DNA from: Chloroflexota bacterium
GTDB lineage: Bacteria; Chloroflexota; Anaerolineae; Epilineales; SHYO01
Reading direction: 5' to 3'
NCBI GenBank assembly: GCA_009692745.1
Contig: SHYO01000001.1
Span: 1-63,745 of the forward strand
DNA length: 63,745 nucleotides
Each line of letters opens with the position of its first letter. Positions within the stretch are counted from its first letter, which is position 1. The position numbers were made by a program, and so were the translations under genes. Below, one piece after another: positions 56,901 to 63,745 of this stretch. The notes beneath the pieces are model-generated. The model worked only from the letters and a program-made list of their open reading frames with translations. It was not told where the DNA came from and made no database searches.

Positions 56901-57560
56901 AATGGTAAGGAGGTCCTGACCGGCAAAGTGGATGTTGGTAATATCACCCAATCTCGCCAGTTAGCGGTGCCAGTGAAGGACCTGGTCGTAGACCAGGCCA
57001 ATAAGCTGGTCCTGCAGCGGGCGGGTCAGGGGCGCCTCTACTACGCTGCTTACCTCAAGTATTTCCTGCCGGCGGATGAGGTCAAGGCCCAGAATGAGGG
57101 CATTGTGGTTAGCCGCGAATACCGCAAAGTCAATCAGACGACCCTTGCATCCACCGGTGAAGTTATTACCGCCATTCCAGTCGGAGAAGTCGTTGAAGTT
57201 CACCTGACCGTGGTGGCCCCGAATGATTTACACTACGTTATTGTGGAAGATCCTCTACCCGCGGGCATGGAGGCTCTGGATACCAGTCTCAAGACCACCA
57301 GCAGTGCTGTGCAGGGACCTACAGTGCAGCGCACCGACCGGCCCCAGCCCTACTGGTATTATTGGGTTAACGCCCAGCTACGGGATGAAAAGGTGGTTTT
57401 GTTCTCAACCTTCCTGCCCCGGGGCAGCTACGAATATACCTATCAAACCCGGGCCAGCGTGGCAGGGGAATTTAACGTTATTCCTCTCCGTGCCTCAGAA
57501 ATGTATTTCCCGGAGGTCTTTGGCAGTAGCGCCGGCACAAAGTTCACCATCCAGCCGTAA
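50943..57560 (+). CDS. Bacterial alpha-2-macroglobulin family protein (2205 aa), membrane-anchored, lacking the thioester cysteine
   Basis: N-terminal TM segment, about six SbsA-like Ig domains (VVAIQPEGGA...), MG domains, and the thioester-region motif PYDSTEQVV where CxEQ is expected (Ser codon at 56085-56087). No Cys seen in the protein. Confidence 0.8.
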   Translation: MTTFIRRRAGLLIISGVTLVIVLAGIIIYRNFPEFFTNPQVVAIQPEGGARQPLSAPITLAFNQHMDHSSVESAVKLEPPAPVSYRWQDKGTGETLTLIPTQNLEFDKSYQVVLDTSARNLRGRSLSQQVSSTFQTNAQTEVTQVQPAQDSSQVGLSQPVSIFFDHKLVTVTDLDQQVGLPQPVKIEPALQGTGRWLSESRFAFYPETGWQPGTTYTVVISREVSPGAELAKDYSWQFTTEKANVAASIPFNGQIEVARNTPVTIIFNHVLAQKTVESDFVLHKANSDTPIPGDFSWGQDRVTFKPSQPLDRATAYVVEVKGATAAYKADFRTVEALKVAMIIPADGAKDIAAVVTDTLITVQFNHPVVPLVSVDDKSKPLTILSTQPLTIAPSVIGEGKWLNTSTYTFRPGETLLPATTYKVTVNKGLADVTGSSLEEDYSWSFTTVGPRLVRATPQDKATLAGPTQPVTMTFNIPMDHPSAQAAFHLRRVSDGAEVPGDVRWDTLRMGFFPSANLTRGAVYEASLVAGAKGVGGRGSLAPSSWRFTVAPAPRITTTQPANGGVVPVGNSVFLNFAAPMDPGTIGQYVSIDPKPTNVFSYLVESDTRLILSWQMQPSTKYTLRFSGQAHDRYGTPTGQDFVLIFTTLPRDPSVYVTPAGRVSVVNAGEAVPSLFLGAVNITQANLALYKMNRANFINLTGSNSFKAWDEFNPNQADLLRTWSVPVAGAFNENLFITTTLTVDNAPLPEGLYLLQANGAPRTGVTGKITPDRRLLVVTRINLTLKKSASQVLVWATDFTQGRPLTGANLTLTDENGQTLAQGTTDSQGVWLQKYPQQPEIWRPIYLFSENPFGVSVSQWNQGINPYEFSLRGGEVPQRYYGNIYTERPIYRPGQIVYFKGIFRQDGETTLALPDFSAVTLTARDPQGKQILTGTLKLDEFGAFNGSLPLDQQAPLGNYYIELRLVGSSAQTSGKGDPYQQFFGQSFQVAAYRKPEFQVNVSTDKQEYVQGDKINVEVQADYFFGGAVSGASVQWRVLRNDYTFQWNAPGVPGNWSFIDDDALRSQSDASGAAPRRTQFASEGKGTTDGQGYFQVQIPADVSDVSLSKNFVIDVELTDPNSQVVAGRNTVVVHKADLYLGLQPVLYVATVGKAAAVRLVSVNSQGITAPNQTVDVQVLQRQWFSVQERNSDGIFRWTSKFTDTLETSLQVKTDVSGFATLTFTPKNGGLYRVVATGQDGRGNTARSATSVWVSSSKYVSWERQNNDRITLVPDKKLYLPGETARILVPAPYSDIDALLVIEQGQVRRYQLIHLKANSDLLEIPIASDDVPNVYVSLVMVKGQVVEGTQRGEDPPDFKLGYTELKVSTREKEIKLSLSPDRTSAKYGPRDPVTYTITAADFQGHPVQAQISFAVVDKAVLSLSSQRGQSLLETFYGERPLGVSTSATMLQLSDRNKLALAAPGGKGGGGAEGGDLLVRSVFKDVAFWQADITTDANGRATVSFELPDNLTTWVIIAKAITKSSLVGEAIDEIVTTKDLLIRPAFPRFLVVGDHVQLQAAINNNTASDVTVNVKLEAAGLTLQPAPQGAAVQASQSVKVPARGQVKLLWPALVNSVLPANSNQSALPNEQTVLKVTAIGESAGQSLSDVIQLTVPIFHYSAPQVVATSGIAGQSTTEEIRLPDKLDREQGNLTVHLNPSLAATTLDALKALQAFPYDSTEQVVSKFLPNVVTLRAMRNLKLNRPDLETRLDQDITLHIQRLNAMQHADGGWGWWLTDQTSPWITAYATFALNEARRAGFAVDDTVYSRALSYLKSYLSRNSTALQPEQLDLRAYILYVLAETGQGDTGLTVALYERREALSTFSRAYLAMALQKAAPEGQERLSAITSDLAGRAVLSATGTHWQDDPARPWQKIYMSTDTRTTALTLQALVRIDSQNLLIPGAVRWLMSQRRYGEWSTTQESATSILAFTDFMLSTGELQGNYNYSVSLNGKEVLTGKVDVGNITQSRQLAVPVKDLVVDQANKLVLQRAGQGRLYYAAYLKYFLPADEVKAQNEGIVVSREYRKVNQTTLASTGEVITAIPVGEVVEVHLTVVAPNDLHYVIVEDPLPAGMEALDTSLKTTSSAVQGPTVQRTDRPQPYWYYWVNAQLRDEKVVLFSTFLPRGSYEYTYQTRASVAGEFNVIPLRASEMYFPEVFGSSAGTKFTIQP

Positions 57561-57699
57561 TTGTGGCGCAAATTGCTGATATGATAAAATTAATCTGTTA
57601 TCCCCGATTAACCTTCGTGACAAAGTTTCTGTGTGGCTCGTTTAAGACTGTGGGTAGTATTGCAGATTTGGTATATAATGCTTACGTATTGAGGGGTTC

Positions 57700-59187
57700 A
57701 TGAAAAGATTTCTGCTCATCAGTGTGTTGCTCTTGGGTCTGGTATGTACCGCTTGTAGTGATAAACAGGCCATAAAGGTCACACCTGGTATAGATGCACC
57801 GCCGGTGATTGTTACCCCTGCCACCCTGGGGGTATCGTTGAAAATTAATGATTTCAACCTGGATGAGGATTCTCGTTTGACCGTCTCCGGCTATTCCACC
57901 CTGCCCGAGGGGACTATTTTAGACGTCTGGTTGGAGCGCGGTGCGCTGAACGAGCCGGGTGCCCAGCGGCTATCCGGTTGGCTAGGATCGGGAAAAGTAA
58001 CCGGTGGCCATTTCCAGGCATTTCTAAATCGCGAAGGCGGGGAGGCTTTTAACGCTGGTGTGAGTTACACAGCCGTGGTGCGGGCCATGCTGAAAGGGGA
58101 TCTTTACCAGGATGCCATGAGAATTCCCGCGGCTCTAGTCCAATTCCAGGTCGCAGGATCCACTCAGATTTCTGGTGCGGTCGCCACGGTTCAGCCTCAA
58201 AATCCACAAGCCCGGGCCCTGGTAGAGCAGTTGCCGCCCATCCTGGTTGCTGCCTCTGGTAGTCTACCGGATTCCCTGGCGAAAAGTTTGATAGAATTAG
58301 CCGGGCGCGAGGCTACCGGCTTACTTTATCTGTCCGCGCCTCGAGATGCCTATCTGTGGCAGATACAACAACCGATCAATGCCTGGCTGGTGCGTGTTGC
58401 TGGAAAAGGAGAAACCTATCTATTGTGGCGCAAGGATAGTGGAGTGCGCTATCAACAGTTAGAGGGCATGGCTCCCGCTGCCAAAGACATAATTGCCAAT
58501 GGCACTAATGCGCTGGGGGCCTTACCTGCGCCGCCGCGTCATCTGCTAGCTGCCAGCAGCAGCCAGGGGCCGGAAATCTTTATCGCCGCGGATAGTGCCG
58601 CCAACCGTCCCTCGGCTGAAGTCTGGTTGCTCCGTATCAGTCCTGACGGTGCCTCTTTGAAACTGGTATGGCACAGCAGCCAGATGCCGCGAAGTTGGGA
58701 AGGATCGGATGGATGGATAGATTTGGTGGCCGATAATTTCGACCGGTTTAAGCTGGTAGGTGGTTTACCCGCCGATCTGACCGATGCCGGCCGGGTATTC
58801 TTCGAGCAAGGATCCTTTTCCAAGCAGCGTGTCGCGAGTGTATGGGAGCTGGTCGGAGATACCTATGTACGTTTAACGGCTCGTGTGCTCCCGACGCCGC
58901 TAACCACGTTGACCGCATTTATAGTGACTTTGCGGCAAAAAGATATCGCACAGGCTGCCGAGCTGGTCTCTTCTCCTTCACTGGTAAGCCTGGCTCTCAA
59001 GGAGGGGTGGGATCACGCCATCCCGGTAGATCGTTTGATGGCTCGCGGTGGCTACAGCGACCATATAGACCAGCCGATTGAGTTCTGGCAGGGAGACAAT
59101 CCTGATAAGGCCACTTTTAAGTACCAGGTGACCTTTTTGCAACGGGGTGGGCAATGGTTAATCGCCGCTATTGAGAAGACGAAATAG
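57700..59187 (+). CDS. Hypothetical lipoprotein
   Basis: Signal peptide MKRFLLISVLLLGLVCTAC with a lipobox-like TAC. No recognisable catalytic motif. Confidence 0.55.
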   Translation: MKRFLLISVLLLGLVCTACSDKQAIKVTPGIDAPPVIVTPATLGVSLKINDFNLDEDSRLTVSGYSTLPEGTILDVWLERGALNEPGAQRLSGWLGSGKVTGGHFQAFLNREGGEAFNAGVSYTAVVRAMLKGDLYQDAMRIPAALVQFQVAGSTQISGAVATVQPQNPQARALVEQLPPILVAASGSLPDSLAKSLIELAGREATGLLYLSAPRDAYLWQIQQPINAWLVRVAGKGETYLLWRKDSGVRYQQLEGMAPAAKDIIANGTNALGALPAPPRHLLAASSSQGPEIFIAADSAANRPSAEVWLLRISPDGASLKLVWHSSQMPRSWEGSDGWIDLVADNFDRFKLVGGLPADLTDAGRVFFEQGSFSKQRVASVWELVGDTYVRLTARVLPTPLTTLTAFIVTLRQKDIAQAAELVSSPSLVSLALKEGWDHAIPVDRLMARGGYSDHIDQPIEFWQGDNPDKATFKYQVTFLQRGGQWLIAAIEKTK

Positions 59188-59266
59188 GTCATTTGCTAGC
59201 ACAATCCCAGCACTATTATCTTAAAAGCCTATTATTTACAAGCACAAAAATTCAGAAGGATGTGGA

Positions 59267-61093
59267 ATGAGGATACAAATGAAAGCGATCTTATACCTGT
59301 TCATAGTGAGCTTTTTCATCACCACCTTAGGTTGTAACTTGGGTGGCACCGAGACACCTCAAGCGCAGACCACCCCCCAGGCGCCTGCGCCCGCAGTAAA
59401 AGGAACTTCTGTCCCGCCTGCTACCTCGCCAGGCGCGGCTGCTACTAAGGCCCCTGCTGCTGCAAATCCCACCCAGGTGAGTGGGCAAAAACCACCGTTG
59501 AATCCGGCGACTGTATTGCTCGATTATAAGCGAGACGGTGGTATTGCTGGATTCTGCGATCACCTGGTTATTATGGGCGATGGCAAGTACACCTATGAGG
59601 CTGCCTGCCGCAAACAATCCGCTCAAGGCAGTTTTTCCGGTAGCCCCACCCTGGATACCCTGGTTAAGCTTGCTTCCGGTGTGCAAGATACCCGTTATAC
59701 CAACCAGGATAATCCTGGCAAAGCTGACAATCTGAAGACCGAGCTTGCTCTGAAGGGTTCCGGTCCTGGCACCGCTACCCAGGCGCAGATCAATCAGGTG
59801 AACCAATTGGCTGGAGAGTTGACGGTCCAGGCTGCTTCCCTTGCGCAGCAAGGCGGCGCCGCCACGCCGACTAAGCCACCAGCTCCCGCGGCCTCGCCCG
59901 TCATTACTGCGGCTGTGACAGGGGCTGCCTCTATTCCTGGGCAGTTAAGCTATATTCAGGATGGTGATCTCTACCTGGCCCAATTTGGCCAAACCCAAGG
60001 TGCTCCGCAAAATCGCCGCTTAACGCAGGGAGGCAAAGCCACCTCGCCGCGTTTGTCCCCCGATGGCAAGAAGGTCCTCTTCCAGCAAGATGCTATTCCC
60101 CCCCAAGGGCAGACTGTCCCCACCAGTTGGAGTATATGGGTGATGCCGTTTGACGGCGGCCAGGCCAAAAAACTTATCGACCAATCCCAGTTACCCAGTA
60201 GCGATGGTAAAGATGAAAAGGGCAATGCAGTCAAATATCCGAACCTGCCCTATAACCTTATCTGGCTACCCGATAACAAGAATATACTGATGACGACGTA
60301 TATGGCTGGAGCGACCAGCCTGGTCATCAATGACGACTTATGGGTGTTGGATACTGATAGTGGCACTCTGAGTCAGGTTTCGAAAGCCGGTCAGGGTGGA
60401 GTTCAAAGCCTTTCGCCCGATGGCAAGCGAATTTTGTTGGTGACCCCTACTACCATCTTTGTAGCCGACGTAGATAGCGGCAATCGCCACAAGCTATTGG
60501 ATTTCCCCAACGTTCCTACCTACAGTGAGTTTGCCTGGTATCCTAATCCCATTTGGTCGCCAGATAGCCAGGCGGTTTTTGTCGCTATCGGCGACTCCAA
60601 CTGGAAACCACCGGCCTCTGCCTATACCCTGTATAAAATAGCCGTCGCCGGGAACGGCGCCCCTCAAAAATTGGGTACTGTCACGACCTGGTTTAATAGC
60701 ATTACCTGGTCCCCCGATGGCTCCCGTATCGTTTTCAGTAAGGCGCTTCCCGAGAAGGATAATGCCCAACAATTGGTAACGGCTACTGGGCCGGCATGGA
60801 AACCCGAGATCATTGCCGATGGCGAAGCCTGGGCGGTAAGTTTTGCTCCTGACAGTAAGCATTTCACGTTCTTCTCTCCCAACGGCCTATTCCTCAGTGA
60901 TGGCTCCAAAGATCCCAAGCGTATTGGAGATGCCGGTCTGGAGGTAGAGTGGCTCAACAAGGATAGTTTTGTCTATCTGGAGGCTGGAGAAAAAACAGCC
61001 CTTCACCAATATACATCAGATGGTAAACTGGTCAATATCTGGACTTCTACAGCTCCCGTCCAGGAATACGACCTTCAGCTAAAGAGTAAATAA
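59267..61093 (+). CDS. PD40 (TolB-like) beta-propeller lipoprotein with Pro/Ala-rich linker
   Basis: Lipobox TLGC and blades LSPDGKKVLF, LSPDGKRILL, WSPDSQAVF, WSPDGSRIVF and FAPDSKHFTF. Confidence 0.7.
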   Translation: MRIQMKAILYLFIVSFFITTLGCNLGGTETPQAQTTPQAPAPAVKGTSVPPATSPGAAATKAPAAANPTQVSGQKPPLNPATVLLDYKRDGGIAGFCDHLVIMGDGKYTYEAACRKQSAQGSFSGSPTLDTLVKLASGVQDTRYTNQDNPGKADNLKTELALKGSGPGTATQAQINQVNQLAGELTVQAASLAQQGGAATPTKPPAPAASPVITAAVTGAASIPGQLSYIQDGDLYLAQFGQTQGAPQNRRLTQGGKATSPRLSPDGKKVLFQQDAIPPQGQTVPTSWSIWVMPFDGGQAKKLIDQSQLPSSDGKDEKGNAVKYPNLPYNLIWLPDNKNILMTTYMAGATSLVINDDLWVLDTDSGTLSQVSKAGQGGVQSLSPDGKRILLVTPTTIFVADVDSGNRHKLLDFPNVPTYSEFAWYPNPIWSPDSQAVFVAIGDSNWKPPASAYTLYKIAVAGNGAPQKLGTVTTWFNSITWSPDGSRIVFSKALPEKDNAQQLVTATGPAWKPEIIADGEAWAVSFAPDSKHFTFFSPNGLFLSDGSKDPKRIGDAGLEVEWLNKDSFVYLEAGEKTALHQYTSDGKLVNIWTSTAPVQEYDLQLKSK

Positions 61094-61187
61094 CTTCTCT
61101 TCGCCAGTTGCCGGGCCATGGCCTGGCAACTGGCGAGTCCCCGCTTCTGGCAAAGAGCGGACTCCTAAAATAAGGACAACTACCGCT

Positions 61188-62420
61188 ATGGGCAACCCTA
61201 TCTTTCTGAAAAAAATTACTAACCGGCTCTCTGTGTATCTACCCATAGCCTCTTTTATCCAACGGTTACTGGTCAACTTTGGCCGGGCCCCCTGCCTTTT
61301 AGTTCCGTTTCGTCTGCTTTCATCTCGTTTACGGCGAAATCAGTTGGTGGTAGGGGGTTCTCTATTGTTTTTATGTAGCGCTCTTATCTTACTTCTACCC
61401 CACCTGGCCGGAATCACCACGGTGTCTGCCACGGTATCCGCCAGGGAAAATTCTGATCTGCCTTCCCGCGGAATTTCAGATGCCACTCCGGCAGCTACTG
61501 TCGCCATGACAGCCACCATGAAGGCCATAGGGCCTATCACGGGCGCGGTTCCTATCACTTTAACCCTGATATCTACGGCATCGCCCACGCCTACAAAGTT
61601 CCCATCTGCTCCCCTGGGTTCCACCGTACCGGTGACCACGAACTATAAGATCCCTGTTTTTATGTACCACCATATAGATAGGTTGCCTGTTGGCGCCTCA
61701 GCCAGTCTGCGCCTATACACCGTTTCACCAGAACAATTCGCAGATCAGATGAATTATCTATACCAACAAGGGTACCAGACCATCAGTTTGGCGCAGTTGG
61801 CAGATGCTATGACGAAGAAGCTACCATTGCCCCAGCGGTTGGCCGTGATCACCTTTGACGATGGCTGGACCTCCCAATATACCGAAGCTTTCCCCGTTTT
61901 ACAGCGGTTTGGCTTCAGCGCCACCTTCTTCCTGGTTAATAATTATCTAACCGGCACGATCTATATGAGCAAGGCCCAGGCTCAATCCCTGGCTGACGCC
62001 GGTATGGAAATTGGAGCCCATACGCTTAACCACAGTCGCTTGACTGATGTCACCCTGGCCGAGCTACAGCGGCAACTCATCAGCTCCAAATCCGGCCTTG
62101 AAAAGTTGACCGGATTGCCTATAACTATCTTTGCTTATCCTTACGGCTCTTATAACAACACCGTGGTTTCCCAAGTAGCCCGGGCAGGGTTCGTGGCCGC
62201 TGCTGGCACTAGCGCCGGGTATATGCAAAAAACATCCCAGCTTTATACCCTGCCACGTTTCTCACTTAGCTATAGCGATAACCTGGCCGTTTTTGCCTCC
62301 CATCTCCCCTGGGGTGCTTATACCCCACAAAAACCCTCCGCCTCGCGCGGTCTGGAGTTCAACCCCAGCATGCTAAAGCCCGAAGAAAAGCTGGATTTGT
62401 ATCTTTTCCAGACGCCGTAG
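61188..62420 (+). CDS. Polysaccharide deacetylase (NodB homology, CE4) with N-terminal membrane anchor
   Basis: ITFDDGW, GAHTLNHSRL and FAYPYGSYN motifs. Confidence 0.8.
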   Translation: MGNPIFLKKITNRLSVYLPIASFIQRLLVNFGRAPCLLVPFRLLSSRLRRNQLVVGGSLLFLCSALILLLPHLAGITTVSATVSARENSDLPSRGISDATPAATVAMTATMKAIGPITGAVPITLTLISTASPTPTKFPSAPLGSTVPVTTNYKIPVFMYHHIDRLPVGASASLRLYTVSPEQFADQMNYLYQQGYQTISLAQLADAMTKKLPLPQRLAVITFDDGWTSQYTEAFPVLQRFGFSATFFLVNNYLTGTIYMSKAQAQSLADAGMEIGAHTLNHSRLTDVTLAELQRQLISSKSGLEKLTGLPITIFAYPYGSYNNTVVSQVARAGFVAAAGTSAGYMQKTSQLYTLPRFSLSYSDNLAVFASHLPWGAYTPQKPSASRGLEFNPSMLKPEEKLDLYLFQTP

Positions 62421-62552
62421 AGGTGGGGTTGGGGATTGCTATACAAGCAATCTTGCTTTATACTAACGGCAATGGCTTTGGATGCATATTTGCAAATTGC
62501 TATGCCACTGTAATATTCTTATGGCTCTGAAATCAAAGGAGAAAGCGGAACC

Positions 62553-63575
62553 ATGAACCTTCAAGAACTCCAATCCACGGCTAAAGCTCTGGTTGCACCT
62601 GGCAAAGGCATCCTGGCGGCCGACGAAAGTACCAGTACCATTAAAAGACGCTTCGACACAATTAAGCTTGAATCTACCGAAGAGAACCGGCGGGCCTACC
62701 GGGAATTGTTGTTTACCACCATTGGCATACAGGATTATATCAGCGGTGTGATCCTTTACGACGAAACGCTGCGCCAATCTGCCAAAGATGGTACACCCTT
62801 TCCAACGCTGCTCGCCCGCCAGGGCGTGATCTCTGGCATTAAAGTTGACAAAGGGACGATCGATATGCCGGGTTTCCCCGGCGAAAAAATTACCGAAGGG
62901 CTGGATGGCCTGCGTGGTCGCCTGGTGGAGTATCGTAATTTGGGAACCCGTTTTGCCAAATGGCGGGCAGTCATCACTATCGGCAACGGTATCCCTACTT
63001 CAACTTGTCTGGAGGCTAACGCCGAAGCCCTCGCTCGCTATGCTGTCCTATGTCAGGAGTTAGATATTGTCCCCATCGTCGAACCTGAAGTCTTGATGGA
63101 CGGCAACCATACGCTTGAACGTTGCGCCGCAGTCACTGAGGATACTTTACACATAGTTTTCAGTTACCTCAAGAAGCACAAGGTGATCCTGGAGGGCATG
63201 TTATTGAAACCCAATATGGTCGTCTCCGGTAAGGACTGTCTGCAGCAGGCCAGCGTTGCAGAAGTGGCGGCAGCCACCGTGCGCACGCTGCGGCGGGTGG
63301 TTCCGGCGGCGGTTCCTGGTATTGTCTTCTTGTCAGGCGGGCAGGGTCCCGAAGAGGCTACGGAACACCTAAATGCTATGAATGCCTTGGGATACCATCC
63401 CTGGGAGTTGAGCTTCTCTTATGGCCGGGCGTTGCAAGAGCCGGTGCTTGAGGCGTGGCGGGGCCAGGCGGACAAAGTCCAGGCAGCCCAGCAAAGCTTC
63501 TTCCACCGTGCCAAACTTAACGGCGCAGCCCGCGACGGCAACTATTCTACCCAGATGGAGAAGAAGCCTGTCTAG
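62553..63575 (+). CDS. Class I fructose-bisphosphate aldolase
   Basis: AAGGAG RBS, ILAADESTSTIKRRF, and the Schiff-base lysine context LEGMLLKPNMV. Confidence 0.9.
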   Translation: MNLQELQSTAKALVAPGKGILAADESTSTIKRRFDTIKLESTEENRRAYRELLFTTIGIQDYISGVILYDETLRQSAKDGTPFPTLLARQGVISGIKVDKGTIDMPGFPGEKITEGLDGLRGRLVEYRNLGTRFAKWRAVITIGNGIPTSTCLEANAEALARYAVLCQELDIVPIVEPEVLMDGNHTLERCAAVTEDTLHIVFSYLKKHKVILEGMLLKPNMVVSGKDCLQQASVAEVAAATVRTLRRVVPAAVPGIVFLSGGQGPEEATEHLNAMNALGYHPWELSFSYGRALQEPVLEAWRGQADKVQAAQQSFFHRAKLNGAARDGNYSTQMEKKPV

Positions 63576-63745
63576 ATATTGAGCTTTTCTCTTCGGACCG
63601 TATTGCCTCACATAAGAATCTTACCCTGAGGGATTCGTTGCCTCATTAGAATATCTTACTATGACTGTCTGGCAGATGCGGTGTTGCAAAGATTCAATCT
63701 CCCTCAGCAAAGTTACTGGGTTAAGATCAGGATACAGGGCACGCA

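Noticed and set aside
63603-63659. Two similar 22-bp segments (TTGCCTCA...ATCTTAC) after the aldolase gene
   Set aside because: The match is imperfect (about 60 percent identity outside the ends) and lies at the window edge without context.

Overview
High-GC bacterial chromosomal window; the gene content, with giant DUF11-repeat surface proteins, suggests a Chloroflexota-like organism, but that is only an inference. All coordinates of non-coding motifs were counted by hand and could be off by 1-2 nt. No rRNA, tRNA, CRISPR array, transposase or integrase was recognised.

The flanks are ordinary housekeeping genes:
- Left flank (1-14.9 kb): an HtrA protease plus a truncated paralog, an atypical NarL-type response regulator, DUF3090, an M50 protease, an SDR, an esterase, a STAND NTPase, a VOC protein, the mutS-mutL operon and a fused MNT-HepT protein.
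- Right flank (44.9-63.7 kb): an IDH-family gene remnant, agmatinase, PD40 propeller lipoproteins, pbpC with a thioester-less alpha-2-macroglobulin, a polysaccharide deacetylase and a class I aldolase.

The centre (about 14.9-44.3 kb) is an accessory-looking locus that encodes only secreted or surface proteins:
- two giant DUF11-repeat proteins (2773 and 3204 aa) that share an unnamed four-fold repeated C-terminal region, of which the last 1.3 kb is nearly identical in DNA;
- a 1438-aa Ig-repeat protein carrying dockerin-like and cohesin-like modules;
- a dockerin-bearing trimeric-fibre protein with an S74 chaperone domain;
- two paralogous Cys-rich secreted proteins of unknown family.

Five copies of a bipartite motif CCGTATC-N16-CGTT precede these genes. 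Its geometry matches ECF-sigma promoters. A 16-bp palindrome, GCTGAGTACCCTCAGC, including a perfect 5 x 20 bp tandem array, fills the divergent leader region at 29.0-29.7 kb.

I consider this co-regulated surface module the best candidate for an undescribed system in the window.
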